A stretch of 64,000 nt of DNA from Pirellulales bacterium (GCA_019745975.1 JAIESQ010000002.1:26595-90594), one strand, 5' to 3'. Positions 16,541 through 25,828 are shown, counted from the stretch's first letter. Numbers and translations are program-made. Notes: a model not told the origin generated them from the sequence alone.

Positions 16541-18885
16541 GCCGGGCGGGGTCAATAACGGCACTGATGATCGTGTTTGCGCTCGTCGTGCGCAGCGCGT
16601 GTCAAGCTGCCGACGGCCCCCTCACCCCCAACCCCTCTCCCGCGGAGGGGAGAGGGGAGCCAGTCGCGACTGTAGGCAGCGCAACAAACATCGTGTCTCC
16701 ACCGGAACGCGAAATCACGTCCGACGAGCGCGACCACTGGGCCTATCGGCCACTGCGTATTGCCGAGCCGCCGGCGGTCGACGACACGCGCTGGGGTCGC
16801 CATCCGATTGACCGCTTCATCTTCGCCGAGTGGCAGGTGAAAAGGCTGGCACCGCTACCGCGGGCCGGCCGCGCCACGTTGATCCGCCGCCTGACGTTTG
16901 ACCTCACCGGCTTGCCGCCGACACCCGCCGAGGTCGAAGCGTTTGTCGAGGATGCCTCGCCCGACGCCTACGAGCGCTTGGTCGATCGCCTGTTGGCGTC
17001 GACGGCCTACGGCGAGCGCTACGCGCAGCACTGGCTCGACCTGGCGCGGTTCGCCGAGAGCGATGGCTTCGAGCACGACCTGGTCCGCCCCAACGCCTGG
17101 CGCTATCGCGATTGGGTGATCGACGCCTTGAATCGCGACGTGCCGTACGACGAGTTCGTGCGGCTGCAAATCGCCGGCGACGAGCTTTACCCCGGCGATC
17201 CCGCTGCCGCGGTCGCCACTGGCTTCCTGCTCTGCGGGCCCGACATGCCCGACATCAATTTGCAAGATGAACGCCGGCATCTGCTCTTGAGCGAAATGAC
17301 TTCAACCGTCGGCGCCGTGCTGTTGGGCCTGCAAGTCGGCTGCGCCCAGTGTCACGACCATAAGTACGACGCGATCACGCAGTACGATTTCTATCGCCTG
17401 CGGGCGTACTTCGAACCGGCCGACGTGTTTGGTGAGCACCCCACTCCGACGGACGCGGAAATTGCTGCCCGCCGCGCGGCCGAGGCCGCCTGGAGCAAAG
17501 ACGATCATCAGCGAGCCAAACGCCGCCGCGAACTGGAGCAACTCGCGCGCAAGCGCTTCCGCGCCAAGAACCCCGATGAGCAGCCGCCCTTGGAAGTGAT
17601 GCTGACCGAACTTGGCGAAAAAGACCGCGGCGAACATGCCGAGCTGGTCGCGGCGCTGGCGAATCTGCCGCCGCTACCGGAGCTGGCCTTGGGGCGCGTG
17701 ATGCGCGCGCGGTCGCCGAGCGATGGCGACCGGGGCACGAGCGTCTCGCATCTCTATCTCCGTGGCGACTTCCGCCAGCCTGGCCCCGAGGTGGCCTGCG
17801 GCATTCCGCGCGTGTTGGAGTCCGAACTGGACGTGACGGCAAGCTCGGCACTGCTGGACAAGCCAGCAGTGGCACCCAGCGAGCAATCGTCAACGTCGGC
17901 CAGCTCACGCACGGCGCTGGCCGCCTGGCTCACCGGCAACGAGCAACCGCTGGCCGCGCGAGTGATCGCCAATCGCCTGTGGCAGTGGCATTTCGGAACC
18001 GGCATCGTCGGCTCGCCGAGCGATTTCGGCGTGATGGGCGAGAACCCCACGCACGCTGCGCTGCTCGATTGGATGGCCGTGCGACTAGCCGCCGACGGTT
18101 GGAGCCTGAAAAAAATGCACCGGCTGATCGTCACGAGCGAGACGTACAGAAGCGCCTCCGCGCCGCACGATGCCGAGTGGTCGACCGACACCACCGCGCA
18201 GGCCCGCGCCGCCTTCGAGCAGTCGTCGGACGCCGATCCGCAGAATCGCCTTTGGTGGCGGCGCAATCGGGTGCGGCAGGGGGGCGAGTCGATTCGCGAC
18301 GCCATGCTCGCGACCAGCGATCGACTCTCCGCGCGCCGCGGCGGGCCGGGCGTGCGGCCTCCGCTACCGCCCGAGATCACCGTCACGTTGCTCAAGGATC
18401 AATGGAACACGAGCGGCGACGCCGAAGACCATCGCCGCCGCAGCATCTATCTCTTCGTGCGGCGCAACCTCCGCTATCCGCTGTTCGATGTCTTCGATCG
18501 GCCCGATACGAACGCCACTTGCCCCATGCGGCACGAATCGACCACGGCGACGCAGTCGCTGGTGCTGTTAAATTCGGCGCAAAGTCTTGACGGCGCGCGC
18601 CACCTGGCGGGCGTCGTGATGTCGGCCGCGCCGCACGACGTTGATCAACAAATCGCCGGCGCCTATCGGCGCGTTTTCGCGCGAGCGCCGGACGATACTG
18701 AACTACAGGCCGCCTTGGAATTCCTGCAGCGCCAGGCCGCCGAACTCAAAGCCGCCGGGCGCGAACCGACGAGCCTCGCCTTGCCCGATCCGCTGTCGGC
18801 CACTTCCGATCCGCACGCGGCCGCGGCCCTGGTCGATTTCTGCCTGGCGCTGTTCAATAGCAGCGAAGCCGTCTACGTCGACTGA
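16537..18885 (+). CDS. DUF1549/DUF1553 domain protein (PSD1-type)
   Basis: The start overlaps the upstream stop (ATGA). CAQCHDHKYD motif. NRLWQWHFG block. C-terminal FNSSEAVYVD. Confidence 0.9.
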   Translation: MSRAGSITALMIVFALVVRSACQAADGPLTPNPSPAEGRGEPVATVGSATNIVSPPEREITSDERDHWAYRPLRIAEPPAVDDTRWGRHPIDRFIFAEWQVKRLAPLPRAGRATLIRRLTFDLTGLPPTPAEVEAFVEDASPDAYERLVDRLLASTAYGERYAQHWLDLARFAESDGFEHDLVRPNAWRYRDWVIDALNRDVPYDEFVRLQIAGDELYPGDPAAAVATGFLLCGPDMPDINLQDERRHLLLSEMTSTVGAVLLGLQVGCAQCHDHKYDAITQYDFYRLRAYFEPADVFGEHPTPTDAEIAARRAAEAAWSKDDHQRAKRRRELEQLARKRFRAKNPDEQPPLEVMLTELGEKDRGEHAELVAALANLPPLPELALGRVMRARSPSDGDRGTSVSHLYLRGDFRQPGPEVACGIPRVLESELDVTASSALLDKPAVAPSEQSSTSASSRTALAAWLTGNEQPLAARVIANRLWQWHFGTGIVGSPSDFGVMGENPTHAALLDWMAVRLAADGWSLKKMHRLIVTSETYRSASAPHDAEWSTDTTAQARAAFEQSSDADPQNRLWWRRNRVRQGGESIRDAMLATSDRLSARRGGPGVRPPLPPEITVTLLKDQWNTSGDAEDHRRRSIYLFVRRNLRYPLFDVFDRPDTNATCPMRHESTTATQSLVLLNSAQSLDGARHLAGVVMSAAPHDVDQQIAGAYRRVFARAPDDTELQAALEFLQRQAAELKAAGREPTSLALPDPLSATSDPHAAAALVDFCLALFNSSEAVYVD
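16632..16657. repeat. CCCCTCTCCC/GGGAGAGGGG hairpin embedded in-frame
   Basis: CCCCTCTCCC-GCGGAG-GGGAGAGGGG is read as NPSPAEGRGE in the N-terminal region of the DUF1549/DUF1553 gene. Confidence 0.75.
17849..17877. repeat. half element of the CACTGCTGG family embedded in-frame
   Basis: CACTGCTGG-ACAAG-CCAGCAGTG followed by GCACCC. It is read as ALLDKPAVAP in the linker before the DUF1553 block. Confidence 0.8.
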
Positions 18886-20198
18886 TGCCCCGCACCCAAG
18901 AAAGGATTTCTCGACGCATGCGAAACCTGAATGTCAAACGGCTTGTACTTTGCGCCTGCTTGCTGGTTGTCGCGTGCCCCGCCGCGATGCTGGCTAGTTC
19001 GCTGCACGCGGCCGAGCCTGCGCAGCGCTACGGCCGATATCGCGACGACCTCGAGTTCCTCAAGAAGCACACGACCGTGATGGAGTTGGCCGACGAGTCG
19101 GGCCAGGCGCGCGTGGCGATCTGTCCGGCCTGGCAAGGGCGCGTGATGACCTCCACCTGTCAGGGCCCCGCAGGTCCAAGCTTCGGCTGGCTCAATCGCG
19201 ATTTCATCGCAGCCGGCAAGCACGACCCAGTCTTTAACAACTACGGTGGCGAGGATCGCTTTTGGCTCTCACCCGAAGCCGGGCAGTTCGCCCTCTTCTT
19301 CAAGCCAGGAGCGGAACAGAAGGTGGCCAACTGGTATACCCCGGCTGGCTTGAATGAAGGGGCCTTCGAGCCGGCGTCGCCCACCGAACCTGGCCTGCTC
19401 TTCAAGCGCACGCTCAAGCTGACCAACGCTTCGAACACCGAAATGGAGCTGGAGGTCGAGCGTGGCGTCCGGCGACTTGAACTCGCCCAGTTGCGTGAAA
19501 TGCTGGGCAGCGAAGCGGCCAGCGCCCTCGAGCGTAGCGGCGCGCGCTGGGTCGGCTTCTGGACCAAGAACAAAGTGACCAACCGCGGCGAGCCTTTGAA
19601 AGCGGCTACGGGGCTGATTTCGATCTGGAGCCTCGGGCAGTTTCGTCCCGGACCCAAGACCGTGATCATCGTGCCCTATGTGCCAGGTGTCGAAGCCACG
19701 CTCGGCCCGATCGTCACCCCGGACTACTTTGGCCCCGTGCCCGAAAACCGGCTCAAAGTCTCTGATCAGGCCGTGCTCTTCCTGGGAGACGGGCAGTTCC
19801 GCGCGAAGTTGGGGATTGCGCCCAAGCGTGCCCGGCCGACGATCGGCTCGTACGACTTCGAAACGGGCGTGCTCACTTTGGTGAATTACACGCTCCCGCC
19901 GCGCGCCGGCCAGCACATGTACATCAACAACACTTGGGTGCTGCCGCAAGCAGAGCCGTTCAAGGGAGACGTCGCCAACAGCTACAACGACGGCCCGGCC
20001 GAACCCGGCGCGGCGACGCTCGGCGGTTTCTATGAACTGGAAACGTTGTCGCCGACCGCGGCGCTGGCCAAGGGCGCGTCGCTCGACCATACGCACGCCA
20101 CGATCCATGTCTTGGGCCAGCCCGACGCCGTGGCGCCGCTGGTCAAGCACGCTTTGGGGGTCGATCTGGCGGCCGTCCGCCAGGCCATGGGGTTGTGA
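18885..20198 (+). CDS. secreted hypothetical protein
   Basis: ATG 18885 overlaps the upstream stop (TGATG). An alternative ATG lies at 18918. Signal peptide VKRLVLCACLLVVACPAAMLASSLHA. No family recognised. Confidence 0.7.
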   Translation: MPRTQERISRRMRNLNVKRLVLCACLLVVACPAAMLASSLHAAEPAQRYGRYRDDLEFLKKHTTVMELADESGQARVAICPAWQGRVMTSTCQGPAGPSFGWLNRDFIAAGKHDPVFNNYGGEDRFWLSPEAGQFALFFKPGAEQKVANWYTPAGLNEGAFEPASPTEPGLLFKRTLKLTNASNTEMELEVERGVRRLELAQLREMLGSEAASALERSGARWVGFWTKNKVTNRGEPLKAATGLISIWSLGQFRPGPKTVIIVPYVPGVEATLGPIVTPDYFGPVPENRLKVSDQAVLFLGDGQFRAKLGIAPKRARPTIGSYDFETGVLTLVNYTLPPRAGQHMYINNTWVLPQAEPFKGDVANSYNDGPAEPGAATLGGFYELETLSPTAALAKGASLDHTHATIHVLGQPDAVAPLVKHALGVDLAAVRQAMGL

Positions 20199-20212
20199 AG
20201 TAAACTAGTGGG

Positions 20213-21397
20213 ATGCTGCAAACCGCCCCAGCGTCGCTCGTCGTCGAAAACGTGCGCACCCGTGGCGAACTCGAGAAGCTGCTCCCCCCCTGGCGCGAGC
20301 TGGTGGCCGCAGGCGCCTCGGGCACGGTGCTCGAGAACGATCCCGATCACGTGGCGGCAGCGCTAGCGACCACGGCCGCCTATGAGCCGCTGCTAGTCGT
20401 CGCCCGGCAAGCGGAGCGACTCGTCGGCGTGGCGCCCTGCTACGTTCATCAGGCGCGCTTCCAGCTTGAACTGAGCGTGTGGAAGTTGCGTTCGCTCGCC
20501 GTGCGTTTGCTCAAGACATTTGGCGACCACTTCGTGCTGGCCGCCGACGTCGATCAAATCGCCGTGCTCGACGCGCTCGTCGATGGCATTGCCGCCGAGG
20601 GCGCCCATTACGATTTGATTCAGTTCTACAACCTCGCTTGCGACGAGCCGCTGTGGCGGCGCGCTGACGAGCGTTTCGCACGTGGGGGCCCGCTGCGTGC
20701 CGTGCTGGCGTCTCCGCGCATCGACACCGTTCATCAACTGCTGCTGCCGGCCGATCATGAAGCTTATTTGCAGGCTCTCAATCCCAGCACGCGCAAGAAT
20801 CTGCGCCGCACGACACGGCGCCTGTTCGAGGAGGGGCGGGCTGAAGTTTTTCGCGCCCAAAGCCCCGACGACGTGCCACGTCTGCTCGAACTGCTCGATC
20901 GCCTTGCGCCGCACACTTGGCAAGGACGCACCTACGGCGCCGTGCCGCGCGCCACGCCCGACCGCGTCGAGTATTACCGCCGGCTGGCCGAGCACGGCTG
21001 GCTGCGGGCGTACGTGCTGCTGCTGGCCGGCGAGCCGATTGCCTACGAATTGGGGTGCCAATACGATGGCGTCTACTGGGGGCAGGAACACGGCTTCGAC
21101 CAGCGCCACGCCGAACGCGGCCCCGGCTCGATCATGATTCACCTGGCGATCGAAGACTTGTATCGCGAGCGGACGCCGCGGGTGCTCGACTTCGGCCTGG
21201 GCGACGCCGGCTACAAGCGCAGCTTCGGCAACCGACAGCATGCAGCCGCGTCGCTCTACCTTGTGCCGCGCGGTCGCTGGCGCCACCTGCTGGCTCTGCA
21301 ACGTGCGCTCAACGGCGCCTCGGCAGGGGCCCGCGGCCTGCTCGTGCGGCTGAAGCTCGACCGGCTCGTTCGACGGTTCTTGAAGCACCAGGGCTGA
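20213..21397 (+). CDS. GNAT-fold acyltransferase, FemAB/CelD (BcsL)-like
   Basis: The length and the C-terminal blocks (GWLRAYVLLLAGEPIAYELGCQYDG, GPGSIMIHLAIEDLY, LDFGLGDAGYKRSFG) resemble the Acetyltransf_6/CelD family. Confidence 0.7.
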   Translation: MLQTAPASLVVENVRTRGELEKLLPPWRELVAAGASGTVLENDPDHVAAALATTAAYEPLLVVARQAERLVGVAPCYVHQARFQLELSVWKLRSLAVRLLKTFGDHFVLAADVDQIAVLDALVDGIAAEGAHYDLIQFYNLACDEPLWRRADERFARGGPLRAVLASPRIDTVHQLLLPADHEAYLQALNPSTRKNLRRTTRRLFEEGRAEVFRAQSPDDVPRLLELLDRLAPHTWQGRTYGAVPRATPDRVEYYRRLAEHGWLRAYVLLLAGEPIAYELGCQYDGVYWGQEHGFDQRHAERGPGSIMIHLAIEDLYRERTPRVLDFGLGDAGYKRSFGNRQHAAASLYLVPRGRWRHLLALQRALNGASAGARGLLVRLKLDRLVRRFLKHQG

Positions 21398-21422
21398 TAG
21401 CGTCACAGCTTGCGAGTCGCTC

Positions 21423-22139
21423 ATGGGCGTTTCGGCCGCCATCAAGAACACGGTCAAACGCTGGGCCGGCCAGCGCTACCTGGCTGCCGATACGATCGTG
21501 CTCACGTTCGACGACGGGCCACACCCCAGCGTGACTCCGGCCGTGCTCGAGCGACTACAGACGTACGGCGCCCGGGCCGTGTTCTTTGTCGTGGGGCGTG
21601 TCTTTGCCGACGCTCCCGGCGTGCTCCAGCAGATCGCCGCGGCAGGGCACGTCTTGGGCAATCACTCCTGGCAACATGACTTGATTCGCAACGGCCGGCT
21701 CGTGCCGTACCTGCGCGACTTAAGGCGTTGTCAGCGCGAGATCGAGCGCGTCACGCGGCAGCGACCGCGACTGTTTCGCCCGCCGCTAGGGCGGATTTCG
21801 CTGGCCAGCTTCGTCGCCCCACGGCTGGCCGGGCTGCGCCCGATCTACTGGTCGACTGAACTGCAAGACTGGCAACTCACGACCGACGACGAGGCACGCA
21901 GGCAAGCGACGAGTTGGGCGGAAGCAATCGCGCCGCGCGACATCGTGCTGTTGCACGACGACAATCCCTGCGTGCTCACGATCCTCGACGTGCTGCTGCC
22001 GCGACTGGTCGAGCGCGGCTTCGACCTCGAGCGCGGGCCGGAACTGCTCGCCGGCGTCGCCGACAGCGAACAACATCGCCCCAGCGCGACCGGCCAGGTC
22101 GTGCGGGCGCCATCGGCCGCGATGCCCGGCCAGGACTAG
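21423..22139 (+). CDS. polysaccharide deacetylase (NodB homology, CE4)
   Basis: LTFDDGPHP, AVFFVVG and GNHSWQH motifs. Confidence 0.85.
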   Translation: MGVSAAIKNTVKRWAGQRYLAADTIVLTFDDGPHPSVTPAVLERLQTYGARAVFFVVGRVFADAPGVLQQIAAAGHVLGNHSWQHDLIRNGRLVPYLRDLRRCQREIERVTRQRPRLFRPPLGRISLASFVAPRLAGLRPIYWSTELQDWQLTTDDEARRQATSWAEAIAPRDIVLLHDDNPCVLTILDVLLPRLVERGFDLERGPELLAGVADSEQHRPSATGQVVRAPSAAMPGQD

Positions 22140-22145
22140 ATCGCC

Positions 22146-22913
22146 GTGGCCGAGTCTTCACTCAAGCTCGCACTGAAGCACGCCGCCAAGCGCACGATTG
22201 AGCGGCTCGTTCGGCTCGGCGTGCCGCGCGTCGCGCCGCGCGTCGTGCGCCGCATTCCGCACGATACTGGTGCTTTCACCCAAGGGCTCGCCTGGCACAA
22301 CGGTGTGCTCTACGAAGGTACCGGCGGAGATACCACCAGTAGCGTCAGGGCCATCGATCCGGGGACGGGCCAACTGCTGCATCGCGTGCCGATCGATGGT
22401 GATTTCGCCGAAGGGATCGCCGCGCTGGGCGACCATTTGTATCAGCTCGCGTTCGTCTCGGGCCACGGGCGCGTCTACAAATTACCGTCGCTCGAAAGGG
22501 CCGGCCGCCGCCACTATGGGGGAGAAGGCTGGGGCCTGGCCGCCACCCCCGACGGCCACTTGCTGGCCAGCGACGGCACCAGCCTGTTGCGGCGGTTCGA
22601 TGAATCGTTCGCCGTTGTCGGACATTTGGCGGTGCGCTCGCACGGGCTGCCGGTCCGCTGGCTCAACGATCTCGAATGCGTGGCCAACCGCGTGTATGCG
22701 AACATGTACGCGGCCAGCGACATCGCCGAGATCGACGCCCAGAGCGGCCGCGTCTTGCGATTCGTCGATTGCGGCGCGCTCGTGGCCGAAGTCGCCCCCT
22801 CGCTAGGCTACGACGTGCTCAACGGCATCGCATACAATCCCACGGCTGGCACGTTTTACCTGACGGGCAAGCACTGGCCAACCTTGTTTGAAGTTGAGAT
22901 TCCGACCGCCTGA
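22146..22913 (+). CDS. glutaminyl-peptide cyclotransferase (beta-propeller type)
   Basis: GTG start. FTQGLAWHNGVLYEGTG, GEGWGLA, NDLECV and NGIAYNP...FYLTGKHWP blocks. Confidence 0.8.
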   Translation: MAESSLKLALKHAAKRTIERLVRLGVPRVAPRVVRRIPHDTGAFTQGLAWHNGVLYEGTGGDTTSSVRAIDPGTGQLLHRVPIDGDFAEGIAALGDHLYQLAFVSGHGRVYKLPSLERAGRRHYGGEGWGLAATPDGHLLASDGTSLLRRFDESFAVVGHLAVRSHGLPVRWLNDLECVANRVYANMYAASDIAEIDAQSGRVLRFVDCGALVAEVAPSLGYDVLNGIAYNPTAGTFYLTGKHWPTLFEVEIPTA

Positions 22914-22952
22914 ACCGCGCCGCGCGCAAGTCGAATACCGAGCAACGATCGC

Positions 22953-23627
22953 ATGCTAACACGTGTTCTCGAGCCCGAGGTGATGGACACGCCCGACGAG
23001 GCCGCGGCCTACGATCGCATGGATCACGCCGAGGTGAATCGGCGGTTCGTGACCGACCTTTTGACGGCCGCCGCCTCGCAACGAGTCGATCTCGCGAGCG
23101 TCGAAGTGCTCGATCTGGGAACCGGCACGGCACTGATCCCCATCGAGCTGTGCCAGCGGATGCCGACGACGCGCGTCCGGGCGGTCGACGCGGCGGCGAG
23201 CATGCTCGAGCTGGCCGCCGCGCGCGTCAAACAGTCAGGCATGACCGATCGCATCCGCCTCGAACGGGTCGATGCCAAGCGATTGCCGTACATCGACGGT
23301 CAATTCGCCGCCGTGATCTCCAACTCGATCGTGCATCACCTGAGCGAGCCGGCCGGGGCACTGGCCGAAGCGGCGCGCGTGACCGCGCCAGGCGGGCTCG
23401 TGTTCTTCCGCGATCTTTTGCGGCCGGCCGATCGCGCGACGCTCGAACAAATCGTCAACACGTATGCCGCAGACGCCGACGAACAGCAGCGCAGGCTATT
23501 CGCCGATTCGCTGCACGCGGCCCTGTCGGTCGCCGAGGTGCGCGAGCTCGTCGCGGCGCTCGCCTTCGATCCCCAAGCCGTCACGCAAACAAGCGACCGT
23601 CACTGGACCTGGGCGGCAGTCAATTAG
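22953..23627 (+). CDS. class I SAM-dependent methyltransferase
   Basis: VLDLGTGTALIPIEL (motif I) and the acidic loop RVRAVDAA. Confidence 0.85.
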   Translation: MLTRVLEPEVMDTPDEAAAYDRMDHAEVNRRFVTDLLTAAASQRVDLASVEVLDLGTGTALIPIELCQRMPTTRVRAVDAAASMLELAAARVKQSGMTDRIRLERVDAKRLPYIDGQFAAVISNSIVHHLSEPAGALAEAARVTAPGGLVFFRDLLRPADRATLEQIVNTYAADADEQQRRLFADSLHAALSVAEVRELVAALAFDPQAVTQTSDRHWTWAAVN

Positions 23628-23709
23628 AAATGGGGACATTCTACTTTTTGACGACACGAGAATGCGGATGGCGGTCGCGGCTGCACAAAAAGTAGATTGT
23701 CCCCATTTC
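23627..23709. repeat. 24-bp inverted repeat with GGGGAC core
   Basis: GAAATGGGGACATTCTACTTTTTG (23627..23650) and CAAAAAGTAGATTGTCCCCATTTC (23686..23709) differ by one mismatch. The repeat begins at the last base of the methyltransferase stop codon. Confidence 0.85.
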
Positions 23710-23722
23710 TGAAGGGGCGCGT

Positions 23723-24046
23723 GTGCTCTTGTTCAAGAAAAAATTCTTGCCGGCAATTCGCTCCGGCGAAAAGACGCAGACGATTCGCCTCTGGAAACAT
23801 CGCCGCATGCGCACCGGTCAGCGGAGCTACATCCCCGGCGCCGGCTACATCGACGTGCTGGCCGTCGACGAGATCGCGCTGGCCGAGTTGACGGACGACG
23901 ACGCCCGGCCCGACGGTTTCACGAGTGCTGCGGAACTTCAGGCTGAACTCGCAGCGCTGTATACCGACGAGCTGGCGGCCGGCTACCGGGCGTATTGCGT
24001 GCGCTTTCAGTTGACGTCGCAGCGCCCGTTGAACACGCAAGCCTGA
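23723..24046 (+). CDS. ASCH (PUA-like) domain protein
   Basis: GTG start. FKKKFLPAIRSGEKTQTIRLW is the typical ASCH N-terminal strand pattern. Confidence 0.65.
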   Translation: MLLFKKKFLPAIRSGEKTQTIRLWKHRRMRTGQRSYIPGAGYIDVLAVDEIALAELTDDDARPDGFTSAAELQAELAALYTDELAAGYRAYCVRFQLTSQRPLNTQA

Positions 24047-24068
24047 TCAAGGAAAGCACTTCACTCGC

Positions 24069-25445
24069 ATGGCACATCCTCTGCTGACCGCCCTCTGGCG
24101 GCGATTGACGACTCCGTACACTCCCGATGAATCGGTCGACAGCTACCAGGCCCGCGCGCAGACCCAGCACGACGATCTGGCCGAGGTGACGGTCGCCGTG
24201 CTCGATGCCAAGGAGAGCGCCCGGGTGTTCGGCGTGCACACGGCCCGGCGCGGCGTGCAGCCGGTGTTTTTGCGGATCGCCAATCGCTGCCAGGCGAATC
24301 TGCGCTTGCAACTGGTGAGCATCGACCCGAATTACTACACGCCGCTCGAGGCGGCCGGCGTCAATCACTTTTCGATTCTCAAGCGACTCTCGGCGTTCGG
24401 CTTCGTCGGGTACTTGTTTCTGCCGCTGTTGGCGCTGGTACCGCTGAAGCTGATTACTGCCTATCAGGCGAATCGCCGCATGGACGAGTATTTCAGTCGC
24501 CGTGCCTTCCACCTGCGGCCGATCCCGCCTGGCGGCACCAGCGAAGGTTTTGTGTTCACGCCGCTCGACGCCGGCACCAAGATCGTACACGTGCTCTTGC
24601 ACGCCATCGGTGGCTCGCTCGAAGGGGCGCTCGACAAGGCCGATCCGGCTGCCGCCGCCCATGCGCCGAGCGCGGCGCCCGAGCCCGCTGCTCCGGCCAC
24701 CAAAGCCGAGTTCACTTTTGCGCTCCCCGTGCCGGGGATCACCACCGACTATCTGCATCGCGACTTCAACAGCCTGGTGCCCCCCAGCTCGCTGGAACAT
24801 TGCGACGTACACGCGCTGGTCGTGCACCTGGAGGGCATGCCGCCGGCGACCACCAATGCGAAAGCCGTGCGCACCGGCGACCCAGTCAACCTGGTGATCA
24901 TCGGCGACTTCGACCGGCTGATCGGCTCGTTTGCCGCCCGCTGGGACGAAAGCGAGACGATCACGCTCGAAACCTGCTGGAAGACGACGCGGGCCTTTCT
25001 TCTGGGCTCAGACTACCGTTACTCGCCGGTCAGCCCGCTGCACCTGTTCGGCCGCAGCCAGGATGTCGCGCTGCAGCGCACGCGCCGCTCAATCAACGAG
25101 CGGTTGCACCTGCGGCTCTGGCTCACGCCCTTGTGTCTGGCGGGGCAGCAGGTGTGGGTAGGGCAGGTGAGCCGCGATATCGGCGTGCGCTTCACCACCA
25201 AAGCGTGGAACCTGACGACTCACCGCATCGACCCCGACGTCGACGAAGCCCGCGACTACGTGATCGAAGACTTGCTGCAGGCCGAGCGCATTCAGGCGGC
25301 CGGCTATGTCGATGGCGTGGGAGCCTGCACGCGCGCCGCGCCACGCCGCAACCTCACGGGCGATCCCTACTTCACCGACGGCAAGCGGGCCGTGATCATG
25401 CTCTCGGCAACGCGCACGCTGCCGCGCTTCGTGGCTTGGACTTGA
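24069..25445 (+). CDS. LssY C-terminal domain protein
   Basis: GDPVNLVIIG, SPVSPLHLFGRSQDVALQR, HLRLW, VWVGQVSRDIG and THRIDPDVDEARDYV resemble the LssY_C family. A central TM-like segment is present. Confidence 0.6.
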   Translation: MAHPLLTALWRRLTTPYTPDESVDSYQARAQTQHDDLAEVTVAVLDAKESARVFGVHTARRGVQPVFLRIANRCQANLRLQLVSIDPNYYTPLEAAGVNHFSILKRLSAFGFVGYLFLPLLALVPLKLITAYQANRRMDEYFSRRAFHLRPIPPGGTSEGFVFTPLDAGTKIVHVLLHAIGGSLEGALDKADPAAAAHAPSAAPEPAAPATKAEFTFALPVPGITTDYLHRDFNSLVPPSSLEHCDVHALVVHLEGMPPATTNAKAVRTGDPVNLVIIGDFDRLIGSFAARWDESETITLETCWKTTRAFLLGSDYRYSPVSPLHLFGRSQDVALQRTRRSINERLHLRLWLTPLCLAGQQVWVGQVSRDIGVRFTTKAWNLTTHRIDPDVDEARDYVIEDLLQAERIQAAGYVDGVGACTRAAPRRNLTGDPYFTDGKRAVIMLSATRTLPRFVAWT

Positions 25446-25573
25446 CGAATGCGACACGAATTCCTCGCATCGAGTGGCGCCGCAATCAACTGGCCACGCG
25501 ACGGTCGGGACACTAGAATTGACGCGCGATTGCTATCCTGGAACCGGCGGCGACCATAGGAGTCATTACCGTC

Positions 25574-25828
25574 ATGTCAAACGCACAGCACGATCTCGAA
25601 GCATTCGCCCACTTTGTCCAGGTTCGACTCGCCGCGGGTGAGGCGGAGGCAAGCTTGGACGAGTTGTTCGATCAATGGCGCTGCGAGAACCCGTCGGAAA
25701 GCCACTTTGCCGAGAACGTTTCTGCCATCGCCGCGTCGATCGAGGATTTCCGGCGTGGTGAGCGTGGGACGATCGCCGGCGAACACTCAGAGGAGCTTCG
25801 TCGCCAATTCGGCCTTGGCGCACAATGA
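25574..25828 (+). CDS. putative antitoxin
   Basis: Small acidic protein. Its stop overlaps the start of the toxin gene (ATGA). No specific fold recognised. Confidence 0.55.
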   Translation: MSNAQHDLEAFAHFVQVRLAAGEAEASLDELFDQWRCENPSESHFAENVSAIAASIEDFRRGERGTIAGEHSEELRRQFGLGAQ

